The notes under the pieces were generated by a model, which saw only the letters and a program-made list of their open reading frames with translations, had not been told where the DNA came from and made no database searches. A DNA stretch of 64,000 nucleotides from Rhynchopus sp. YZ270_cl-10 (lineage: Eukaryota): assembly GCA_964035575.1 (NCBI GenBank), contig OZ037840.1, forward strand, positions 434,001 through 498,000, written 5' to 3'. Positions 12,747-24,488 of the stretch are shown here, piece by piece; position 1 is the stretch's first letter, and each line of letters opens with the position of its first letter. The translations under genes were made by a program, and so were the position numbers.

Positions 12747-15700
12747 AACGCGTTCCGATCAAAAGCGTCGGTTTTTCGCAAGAGAACGCGTTTCGGTCAA
12801 AAGCGTCGGTTTTGCGCAAGGGAACGCGTTTCGATCAAAAGCGTCGGTTTTTCGCAAGAGAACGCGTTCCGATCAAAAGCGTCGGTTTTGCGCAAGAGAA
12901 CGCGTTTCGATCAAAAGCGTCGGTTTTTCGCAAGAGAACGCGTTCCGATCAAAAGCGTCGGTTTTGCGCAAGAGAACGCGTTCCGATCAAAAGCGTCGGT
13001 TTTGCGCAAGGGAACGCGTTTCGATCAAAAGCGTCGGTTTTGCGCAAGAGAACGCGTTCCGATCAAAAGCGTCGGTTTTGCGCAAGAGAACGCGTTTCGA
13101 TCAAAAGCGTCGGTTTTGCGCAAGAGAACGCGTTTCGATCAAAAGCGTCGGTTTTGCGCAAGAGAACGCGTTTCGATCAAAAGCCTCGGTTTTGCGCAAG
13201 AGAACGCGTTTCGATTAAAAGCGTCGGTTTTGCGCAAGAGAACGCGTTCCGATCAAAAGCGTCGGTTTTTCGCAAGAGAACGCGTTCCGATCAAAAGCGT
13301 CGGTTTTTCGCAAGAGAACGCGTTCCGATCAAAAGCGTCGGTTTTTCGCAAGAGAACGCGTTTCGATCAAAAGCGTCGGTTTTTCGCAAGAGAACGCGTT
13401 CCGATCAAAAGCGTCGGTTTTTCGCAAGAGAACGCGTTTCGATCAAAAGCGTCGGTTTTTCGCAAGAGAACGCGTTTCGATCAAAAGCGTCGGTTTTGCG
13501 CAAGAGAACGCGTTTCGATCAAAAGCGTCGGTTTTGCGCAAGAGAACGCGTTCCGATCAAAAGCGTCGGTTTTTCGCAAGAGAACGCGTTCCGATCAAAA
13601 GCGTCGGTTTTTCGCAAGAGAACGCGTTTCGATCAAAAGCGTCGGTTTTGCGCAAGAGAACGCGTTTCGATCAAAAGCGTCGGTTTTGCGCAAGAGAACG
13701 CGTTCCGATCAAAAGCGTCGGTTTTTCGCAAGAGAACGCGTTCCGATCAAAAGCGTCGGTTTTGCGCAAGAGAACGCGTTCCGATCAAAAGCGTCGGTTT
13801 TTCGCAAGAGAACGCGTTCCGATCAAAAGCGTCGGTTTTGCGCAAGAGAACGCGTTTCGATCAAAAGCGTCGGTTTTGCGCAAGAGAACGCGTTTCGATC
13901 AAAAGCGTCGGTTTTGCGCAAGAGAACGCGTTCCGATCAAAAGCGTCGGTTTTGCGCAAGAGAACGCGTTTCGATCAAAAGCCTCGGTTTTGCGCAAGAG
14001 AACGCGTTCCGATCAAAAGCGTCGGTTTTGCGCAAGAGAACGCGTTCCGATCAAAAGCGTCGGTTTTGCGCAAGAGAACGCGTTTCGATCAAAAGCGTCG
14101 GTTTTGCGCAAGAGAACGCGTTTCGATCAAAAGCGTTGGTTTTGCGCAAGAGAACGCGTTCCGATCAAAAGCGTCGGTTTTGCGCAAGAGAACGCGTTTC
14201 GATCAAAAGCGTCGGTTTTGCGCAAGAGAACGCGTTTCGATCAAAAGCGTCGGTTTTGCGCAAGAGAACGCGTTCCGATCAAAAGCGTCGGTTTTGCGCA
14301 AGAGAACGCGTTCCGATCAAAAGCGTCGGTTTTGCGCAAGAGAACGCGTTCCGATCAAAAGCGTCGGTTTTTCGCAAGAGAACGCGTTTCGATCAAAAGC
14401 CTCGGTTTTGCGCAAGAGAACGCGTTTCGATTAAAAGCGTCGGTTTTGCGCAAGAGAACGCGTTCCGATCAAAAGCGTCGGTTTTTCGCAAGAGAACGCG
14501 TTCCGATCAAAAGCGTCGGTTTTTCGCAAGAGAACGCGTTCCGATCAAAAGCGTCGGTTTTTCGCAAGAGAACGCGTTCCGATCAAAAGCGTCGGTTTTT
14601 CGCAAGAGAACGCGTTTCGATCAAAAGCGTCGGTTTTTCGCAAGAAAACGCGTTCCGATCAAAAGCGTCGGTTTTTCGCAAGAGAACGCGTTCCGATCAA
14701 AAGCGTCGGTTTTTCGCAAGAGAACGCGTTTCGATCAAAAGCGTCGGTTTTTCGCAAGAGAACGCGTTTCGATCAAAAGCGTCGGTTTTTCGCAAGAAAA
14801 CGCGTTCCGATCAAAAGCGTCGGTTTTTCGCAAGAGAACGCGTTCCGATCAAAAGCGTCGGTTTTTCGCAAGAGAACGCGTTTCGATCAAAAGCGTCGGT
14901 TTTTCGCAAGAGAACGCGTTTCGATCAAAAGCGTCGGTTTTTCGCAAGAGAACGCGTTCCGATCAAAAGCGTCGGTTTTTCGCAAGAGAACGCGTTTCAA
15001 TCAAAAGCGTCGGTTTTTCGCAAGAGAACGCGTTCCGATCAAAAGCGTCGGTTTTGCGCAAGAGAACGCGTTCCGATCAAAAGCGTCGGTTTTTCGCAAG
15101 AGAACGCGTTCCGATAAAAAGCGTCGGTTTTGCGCAAGAGAACGCGTTTCGATCAAAAGCGTCGGTTTTTCGCAAGAGAACGCGTTTAGATCAAAAACGT
15201 CGGTTTTTCGCAAGAGAACGCGTTCCGATCAAAAGCGTCGCTTTTTCGCAAGAGAACGCGTTCCGATCAAAAGCGTCGGTTTTTCGCAAGAGAACGCGTT
15301 CCGATAAAAAGCGTAGGTTTTTCGCAAGAGAACGCGTTCCGATCAAAAGCGTCGGTTTTTCGCAAGAGAACGCGTTTCGATCAAAAGCGTCGGTTTTTCG
15401 CAAGAGAACGCGTTTCGATCAAAAACGTCGGTTTTTCGCAAGAGAACGCGTTCCGATCAAAAGCGTCGGTTTTTCGCAAGAGAACGCGTTTCGATCAAAA
15501 GCGTCGGTTTTTCGCAAGAGAACGCGTTTCGATCAAAAACGTCGGTTTTTCGCAAGAGAACGCGTTTCGATCAAAAGCGTCGGTTTTGCGCAAGGGAACG
15601 CGTTCCGATCAAAAGCGTCGGTTTTGCGCAAGAGAACGCGTTTCGATCAAAAGCGTCGGTTTTGCGCAAGAGAACGCGTTTCGATCAAAAGCGTCGGTTT

Positions 15701-18700
15701 TTCGCAAGAGAACGCGTTTCGATCAAAAGCGTCGGTTTTGCGCAAGAGAACGCGTTCCGATCAAAAGCGTCGGTTTTTCGCAAGAGAACGCGTTTCGATC
15801 AAAAGCGTCGGTTTTTCGCAAGAGAACGCGTTTCGATCAAAAGCGTCGGTTTTTCGCAAGAGAACGCGTTTCGATCAAAAGCGTCGGTTTTTCGCAAGAG
15901 AACGCGTTTCAATCAAAAGCGTCGGTTTTTCGCAAGAGAACGCGTTTCGATCAAAAGCGTCGGTTTTTCGCAAGAGAACGCGTTTCGATCAAAAGCGTCG
16001 GTTTTTCGCAAGAGAACGCGTTTCGATCAAAAGCGTCGGTTTTGCGCAAGAGAACGCGTTCCGATCAAAAGCGTCGGTTTTGCGCAAGAGAACGCGTTTC
16101 GATTAAAAGCGTCGGTTTTGCGCAAGAGAACGCGTTTCGATCAAAAGCGTCGGTTTTGCGCAAGAGAACGCGTTCCGATCAAAAGCGTCGGTTTTTCGCA
16201 AGAGAACGCGTTCCGATCAAAAGCGTCGGTTTTGCGCAAGAGAACGCGTTTCGATCAAAAGCGTCGGTTTTTCGCAAGAGAACGCGTTCCGATCAAAAGC
16301 GTCGGTTTTGCGCAAGAGAACGCGTTTCGATCAAAAGCGTCGGTTTTGCGCAAGAGAACGCGTTTCGATCAAAAGCGTCGGTTTTGCGCAAGAGAACGCG
16401 TTCCGATCAAAAGCGTCGGTTTTGCGCAAGAGAACGCGTTCCGATCAAAAGCGTCGGTTTTTCGCAAGAGAACGCGTTTCGATCAAAAGCGTCGGTTTTT
16501 CGCAAGAGAACGCGTTTCGATCAAAAGCGTCGGTTTTGCGCAAGGGAACGCGTTTCGATCAAAAGCGTCGGTTTTGCGCAAGAGAACGCGTTTCGATCAA
16601 AAGCGTCGGTTTTTCGCAAGAGAACGTGTTCCGATCAAAAGCGTCGGTTTTGCGCAAGGGAACGCGTTTCGATCAAAAGCGTCGGTTTTTCGCAAGAGAA
16701 CGCGTTTCGATCAAAAGCGTCGGTTTTGCGCAAGAGAACGCGTTTCGATCAAAAGCGTCGGTTTTGCGCAAGAGAACGCGTTTCGATCAAAAGCGTCGGT
16801 TTTTCGCAAGAGAACGCGTTCCGATCAAAACCGTCGGTTTTGCGCAAGAGAACGCGTTTCGATCAAAAGCGTCGGTTTTGCCCAAGAGAACGCGTTTCGA
16901 TCAAAAGCGTCGGTTTTGCGCAAGAGAACGAGTTTCGATCAAAAGCGTCGGTTTTGCGCAAGAGAACGCGTTTCGATCAAAAGCGTCGGTTTTGCGCAAG
17001 AGAACGCGTTTCGATCAAAAGCGTCGGTTTTTCGCAAGAGAATGCGTTTCGATCAAAAGCGTCGGTTTTTCGCAAGAGAACGCGTTTCGATCAAAAGCGT
17101 CGGTTTTTCGCAAGAGAACGCGTTTCGATCAAAAGCGTCGGTTTTGCGCAAGAGAACGCGTTCCGATCAAAAGCGTCGGTTTTTCGCAAGAGAACGCGTT
17201 TCAATCAAAAGCGTCGGTTTTTCGCAAGAGAACGCGTTTCGATCAAAAGCGTCGGTTTTGCGCAAGAGAACGCGTTTCGATCAAAAGCGTCGGTTTTGCG
17301 CAAGAGAACGCGTTCCGATCAAAAGCGTCGGTTTTGCGCAAGAGAACGCGTTTCGATCAAAAGCGTCGGTTTTGCGCAAGAGAACGCGTTTCGATCAAAA
17401 GCGTCGGTTTTGCGCAAGAGAACGCGTTCCGATCAAAAGCGTCGGTTTTGCGCAAGAGAACGCGTTCCGATCAAAAGCGTCGGTTTTTCGCAAGAGAACG
17501 CGTTTCGATCAAAAGCGTCGGTTTTTCGCAAGAGAACGCGTTTCGATCAAAAGCGTCGGTTTTGCGCAAGGGAACGCGTTTCGATCAAAAGCGTCGGTTT
17601 TTCGCAAGAGAACGCGTTTCGATCAAAAGCGTCGGTTTTGCGCAAGAGAACGCGTTTCGATCAAAAGCGTCGGTTTTTCGCAAGAGAACGTGTTCCGATC
17701 AAAAGCGTCGGTTTTGCGCAAGGGAACGCGTTTCGATCAAAAGCGTCGGTTTTTCGCAAGAGAACGCGTTTCGATCAAAAGCGTCGGTTTTGCGCAAGAG
17801 AACGCGTTTCGATCAAAAGCGTCGGTTTTGCGCAAGAGAACGCGTTTCGATCAAAAGCGTCGGTTTTTCGCAAGAGAACGCGTTCCGATCAAAACCGTCG
17901 GTTTTGCGCAAGAGAACGCGTTTCGATCAAAAGCGTCGGTTTTGCCCAAGAGAACGCGTTTCGATCAAAAGCGTCGGTTTTGCGCAAGAGAACGCGTTTC
18001 GATCAAAAGCGTCGGTTTTGCGCAAGAGAACGCGTTTCGATCAAAAGCGTCGGTTTTGCGCAAGAGAACGCGTTTCGATCAAAAGCGTCGGTTTTTCGCA
18101 AGAGAATGCGTTTCGATCAAAAGCGTCGGTTTTTCGCAAGAGAACGCGTTTCGATCAAAAGCGTCGGTTTTTCGCAAGAGAACGCGTTTCGATCAAAAGC
18201 GTCGGTTTTGCGCAAGAGAACGCGTTCCGATCAAAAGCGTCGGTTTTTCGCAAGAGAACGCGTTTCAATCAAAAGCGTCGGTTTTTCGCAAGAGAACGCG
18301 TTCCGATCAAAAGCGTCGGTTTTGCGCAAGAGAACGCGTTCCGATCAAAAGCGTCGGTTTTGCGCAAGAGAACGCGTTCCGATCAAAAGCGTCGGTTTTT
18401 CGCAAGAGAACGCGTTTCGATCAAAAACGTCGGTTTTTCGCAAGAGAACGCGTTCCGATCAAAAGCGTCGGTTTTTCGCAAGAGAACGCGTTTCGATCAA
18501 AAGCGTCGGTTTTGCGCAAGAGAACGCGTTCCGATCAAAAGCGTCGGTTTTGCGCAAGAGAACGCGTTTCGATCAAAAGCGTCGGTTTTTCGCAAGAGAA
18601 CGCGTTCCGATCAAAAGCGTCGCTTTTTCGCAAGAGAACGCGTTCCGATCAAAAGCGTCGGTTTTTCGCAAGAGAACGCGTTTCAATCAAAAGCGTCGGT

Positions 18701-21700
18701 TTTGCGCAAGGGAACGCGTTTCGATCAAAAGCGTCGGTTTTGCGCAAGAGAACGCGTTTCAATCAAAAGCGTCGGTTTTTCGCAAGAGAACGCGTTCCGA
18801 TCAAAAGCGTCGGTTTTTCGCAAGAGAACGCGTTTCGATCAAAAGCGTCGGTTTTTCGCAAGAGAACGCGTTCCGATCAAAAGCGTCGGTTTTGCGCAAG
18901 AGAACGCGTTTCGATCAAAAGCGTCGGTTTTTCGCAAGAGAACGCGTTCCGATCAAAAGCGTCGGTTTTTCGCAAGAGAACGCGTTCCGATCAAAAGCGT
19001 CGGTTTTGCGCAAGAGAACGCGTTCCGATCAAAAGCGTCGGTTTTTCGCAAGAGAACGCGTTTCGATCAAAAGCGTCGGTTTTTCGCAAGAGAACGCGTT
19101 CCGATCAAAAGCGTCGGTTTTTCGCAAGAGAACGCGTTCCGATCAAAAGCGTCGGTTTTTCGCAAGAGAACGCGTTCCGATCAAAAGCGTCGGTTTTGCG
19201 CAAGAGAACGCGTTTCGATCAAAAGCGTCGGTTTTTCGCAAGAGAACGCGTTCCGATCAAAAGCGTCGGTTTTTCGCAAGAGAACGCGTTTCGATCAAAA
19301 GCGTCGGTTTTGCGCAAGAGAACGCGTTTCGATCAAAAGCGTCGGTTTTGCGCAAGAGAACGCGTTTCGATCAAAAGCGTCGGTTTTTCGCAAGAGAACG
19401 CGTTCCGATCAAAAGCGTCGGTTTTGCGCAAGAGAACGCGTTTCGTTCAAAAGCGTCGGTTTTGCGCAAGAGAACGCGTTCCGATCAAAAGCGTCGGTTT
19501 TTCGCAAGAGAACGCGTTTCGATCAAAAGCGTCGGTTTTGCGCAAGAGAACGCGTTTCGATCAAAAGCGTCGGTTTTGCGCAAGAGAACGCGTTTCGATC
19601 AAAAGCGTCGGTTTTGCGCAAGAGAACGCGTTTCGATCAAAAGCGTCGGTTTTGCGCAAGAGAACGCGTTTCGATCAAAAGCGTCGGTTTTTCGCAAGAG
19701 AACGCGTTCCGATCAAAAGCGTCGGTTTTTCGCAAGAGAACGCGTTTCAATCAAAAGCGTCGGTTTTTCGCAAGAGAACGCGTTCCGATCAAAAGCGTCG
19801 GTTTTGCGCAAGAGAACGCGTTCCGATCAAAAGCGTCGGTTTTTCGCAAGAGAACGCGTTTCGATCAAAAGCGTCGGTTTTGCGCAAGAGAACGCGTTTC
19901 GTTCAAAAGCGTCGGTTTTTCGCAAGAGAACGCGTTTCGATCAAAAGCGTCGGTTTTTCGCAAGAGAACGCGTTTCGATCAAAAGCGTCGGTTTTTCGCA
20001 AGAGAACGCGTTTCAATCAAAAGCGTCGGTTTTTCGCAAGAGAACGCGTTCCGATCAAAAGCGTCGGTTTTGCGCAAGAGAACGCGTTCCGATCAAAAGC
20101 GTCGGTTTTTCGCAAGAGAACGCGTTTCAATCAAAAGCGTCGGTTTTTCGCAAGAGAACGCGTTCCGATCAAAAGCGTCGGTTTTGCGCAAGAGAACGCG
20201 TTCCGATCAAAAGCGTCGGTTTTTCGCAAGAGAACGCGTTCCGATAAAAAGCGTCGGTTTTGCGCAAGAGAACGCGTTTCGATCAAAAGCGTCGGTTTTT
20301 CGCAAGAGAACGCGTTTAGATCAAAAACGTCGGTTTTTCGCAAGAGAACGCGTTCCGATCAAAAGCGTCGCTTTTTCGCAAGAGAACGCGTTCCGATCAA
20401 AAGCGTCGGTTTTTCGCAAGAGAACGCGTTCCGATAAAAAGCGTAGGTTTTTCGCAAGAGAACGCGTTCCGATCAAAAGCGTCGGTTTTTCGCAAGAGAA
20501 CGCGTTTCGATCAAAAGCGTCGGTTTTTCGCAAGAGAACGCGTTTCGATCAAAAACGTCGGTTTTTCGCAAGAGAACGCGTTCCGATCAAAAGCGTCGGT
20601 TTTTCGCAAGAGAACGCGTTTCGATCAAAAGCGTCGGTTTTTCGCAAGAGAACGCGTTTCGATCAAAAGCGTCGGTTTTTCGCAAGAGAACGCGTTTCGA
20701 TCAAAAGCGTCGGTTTTGCGCAAGGGAACGCGTTCCGATCAAAAGCGTCGGTTTTGCGCAAGAGAACGCGTTTCGATCAAAAGCGTCGGTTTTGCGCAAG
20801 AGAACGCGTTTCGATCAAAAGCGTCGGTTTTTCGCAAGAGAACGCGTTTCGATCAAAAGCGTCGGTTTTGCGCAAGAGAACGCGTTCCGATCAAAAGCGT
20901 CGGTTTTTCGCAAGAGAACGCGTTTCGATCAAAAGCGTCGGTTTTTCGCAAGAGAACGCGTTTCGATCAAAAGCGTCGGTTTTTCGCAAGAGAACGCGTT
21001 CCGATCAAAAGCGTCGGTTTTTCGCAAGAGAACGCGTTTCGATCAAAAGCGTCGGTTTTTCGCAAGAGAACGCGTTTCGATCAAAAGCGTCGGTTTTGCG
21101 CAAGAGAACGCGTTTCGTTCAAAAGCGTCGGTTTTTCGCAAGAGAACGCGTTTCGATCAAAAGCGTCGGTTTTTCGCAAGAGAACGCGTTTCGATTAAAA
21201 GCGTCGGTTTTGCGCAAGAGAACGCGTTTCGATCAAAAGCGTCGGTTTTGCGCAAGAGAACGCGTTCCGATCAAAAGCGTCGGTTTTTCGCAAGAGAACG
21301 CGTTCCGATCAAAAGCGTCGGTTTTGCGCAAGAGAACGCGTTTCGATCAAAAGCGTCGGTTTTTCGCAAGAGAACGCGTTCCGATCAAAAGCGTCGGTTT
21401 TGCGCAAGAGAACGCGTTTCGATCAAAAGCGTCGGTTTTGCGCAAGAGAACGCGTTTCGATCAAAAGCGTCGGTTTTGCGCAAGAGAACGCGTTCCGATC
21501 AAAAGCGTCGGTTTTGCGCAAGAGAACGCGTTCCGATCAAAAGCGTCGGTTTTTCGCAAGAGAACGCGTTTCGATCAAAAGCGTCGGTTTTTCGCAAGAG
21601 AACGCGTTTCGATCAAAAGCGTCGGTTTTGCGCAAGGGAACGCGTTTCGATCAAAAGCGTCGGTTTTTCGCAAGAGAACGCGTTTCGATCAAAAGCGTCG

Positions 21701-24488
21701 GTTTTGCGCAAGAGAACGCGTTTCGATCAAAAGCGTCGGTTTTGCGCAAGAGAACGCGTTTCGATCAAAAGCGTCGGTTTTTCGCAAGAGAACGTGTTCC
21801 GATCAAAAGCGTCGGTTTTGCGCAAGGGAACGCGTTTCGATCAAAAGCGTCGGTTTTTCGCAAGAGAACGCGTTTCGATCAAAAGCGTCGGTTTTGCGCA
21901 AGAGAACGCGTTTCGATCAAAAGCGTCGGTTTTGCGCAAGAGAACGCGTTTCGATCAAAAGCGTCGGTTTTTCGCAAGAGAACGCGTTCCGATCAAAACC
22001 GTCGGTTTTGCGCAAGAGAACGCGTTTCGATCAAAAGCGTCGGTTTTGCCCAAGAGAACGCGTTTCGATCAAAAGCGTCGGTTTTGCGCAAGAGAACGCG
22101 TTTCGATCAAAAGCGTCGGTTTTGCGCAAGAGAACGCGTTTCGATCAAAAGCGTCGGTTTTGCGCAAGAGAACGCGTTTCGATCAAAAGCGTCGGTTTTT
22201 CGCAAGAGAATGCGTTTCGATCAAAAGCGTCGGTTTTTCGCAAGAGAACGCGTTTCGATCAAAAGCGTCGGTTTTTCGCAAGAGAACGCGTTTCGATCAA
22301 AAGCGTCGGTTTTGCGCAAGAGAACGCGTTCCGATCAAAAGCGTCGGTTTTTCGCAAGAGAACGCGTTTCAATCAAAAGCGTCGGTTTTTCGCAAGAGAA
22401 CGCGTTTCGATCAAAAGCGTCGGTTTTGCGCAAGAGAACGCGTTCCGATCAAAAGCGTCGGTTTTTCGCAAGAGAACGCGTTTCAATCAAAAGCGTCGGT
22501 TTTTCGCAAGAGAACGCGTTCCGATCAAAAGCGTCGGTTTTGCGCAAGAGAACGCGTTCCGATCAAAAGCGTCGGTTTTGCGCAAGAGAACGCGTTCCGA
22601 TCAAAAGCGTCGGTTTTTCGCAAGAGAACGCGTTTCGATCAAAAACGTCGGTTTTTCGCAAGAGAACGCGTTCCGATCAAAAGCGTCGGTTTTTCGCAAG
22701 AGAACGCGTTTCGATCAAAAGCGTCGGTTTTGCGCAAGAGAACGCGTTCCGATCAAAAGCGTCGGTTTTGCGCAAGGGAACGCGTTCCGATCAAAAGCGT
22801 CGGTTTTGCGCAAGAGAACGCGTTTCGATCAAAAGCGTCGGTTTTTCGCAAGAGAACGCGTTCCGATCAAAAGCGTCGCTTTTTCGCAAGAGAACGCGTT
22901 TCGATCAAAAGCGTCGGTTTTTCGCAAGAGAACGCGTTTCAATCAAAAGCGTCGGTTTTGCGCAAGGGAACTCGTTTCGATCAAAAGCGTCGGTTTTGCG
23001 CAAGAGAACGCGTTTCAATCAAAAGCGTCGGTTTTTCGCAAGAGAACGCGTTCCGATCAAAAGCGTCGGTTTTGCGCAAGAGAACGCGTTCCGATCAAAA
23101 GCGTCGGTTTTTCGCAAGAGAACGCGTTTCGATCAAAAGCGTCGGTTTTTCGCAAGAGAACGCGTTCCGATCAAAAGCGTCGGTTTTGCGCAAGAGAACG
23201 CGTTTCGATCAAAAGCGTCGGTTTTTCGCAAGAGAACGCGTTCCGATCAAAAGCGTCGGTTTTTCGCAAGAGAACGCGTTCCGATCAAAAGCGTCGGTTT
23301 TGCGCAAGAGAACGCGTTCCGATCAAAAGCGTCGGTTTTTCGCAAGAGAACGCGTTTCGATCAAAAGCGTCGGTTTTTCGCAAGAGAACGCGTTCCGATC
23401 AAAAGCGTCGGTTTTGCGCAAGAGAACGCGTTTCGATCAAAAGCGTCGGTTTTTCGCAAGAGAACGCGTTCCGATCAAAAGCGTCGGTTTTTCGCAAGAG
23501 AACGCGTTCCGATCAAAAGCGTCGGTTTTGCGCAAGAGAACGCGTTCCGATCAAAAGCGTCGGTTTTTCGCAAGAGAACGCGTTTCGATCAAAAGCGTCG
23601 GTTTTTCGCAAGAGAACGCGTTCCGATCAAAAGCGTCGGTTTTGCGCAAGAGAACGCGTTCCGATCAAAAGCGTCGGTTTTTCGCAAGAGAACGCGTTCC
23701 GATCAAAAGCGTCGGTTTTTCGCAAGAGAACGCGTTCCGATCAAAAGCGTCGGTTTTGCGCAAGAGAACGCGTTTCGATCAAAAGCGTCGGTTTTTCGCA
23801 AGAGAACGCGTTCCGATCAAAAGCGTCGGTTTTTCGCAAGAGAACGCGTTTCGATCAAAAGCGTCGGTTTTGCGCAAGAGAACGCGTTTCGATCAAAAGC
23901 GTCGGTTTTGCGCAAGAGAACGCGTTTCGATCAAAAGCGTCGGTTTTTCGCAAGAGAACGCGTTCCGATCAAAAGCGTCGGTTTTGCGCAAGAGAACGCG
24001 TTTCGTTCAAAAGCGTCGGTTTTGCGCAAGAGAACGCGTTCCGATCAAAAGCGTCGGTTTTTCGCAAGAGAACGCGTTTCGATGAAAAGCGTCGGTTTTG
24101 CGCAAGAGAACGCGTTTCGATCAAAAGCGTCGGTTTTGCGCAAGAGAACGCGTTTCGATCAAAAGCGTCGGTTTTGCGCAAGAGAACGCGTTTCGATCAA
24201 AAGCGTCGGTTTTGCGCAAGAGAACGCGTTTCGATCAAAAGCGTCGGTTTTTCGCAAGAGAACGCGTTCCGATCAAAAGCGTCGGTTTTGCGCAAGAGAA
24301 CGCGTTTCGTTCAAAAGCGTCGGTTTTGCGCAAGAGAACGCGTTCCGATCAAAAGCGTCGGTTTTGCGCAAGAGAACGCGTTTCGATCAAAAGCGTCGGT
24401 TTTGCGCAAGAGAACGCGTTTCGATCAAAAGCGTCGGTTTTTCGCAAGAGAACGCGTTTCGATCAAAAGCGTCGGTTTTGCGCAAGAG
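12747..24488. repeat. 38-bp tandem satellite, block 4 (309 units)
   Basis: 11742 bp = 309 x 38; higher-order repeats of 28 and about 135 monomers are visible from rare variants. Confidence 0.99.

Noticed and set aside
1..24488. CRISPR array (38-bp repeat)
   Set aside because: Repeats are head-to-tail with no unique spacers, no cas genes are present, and the context is eukaryotic.
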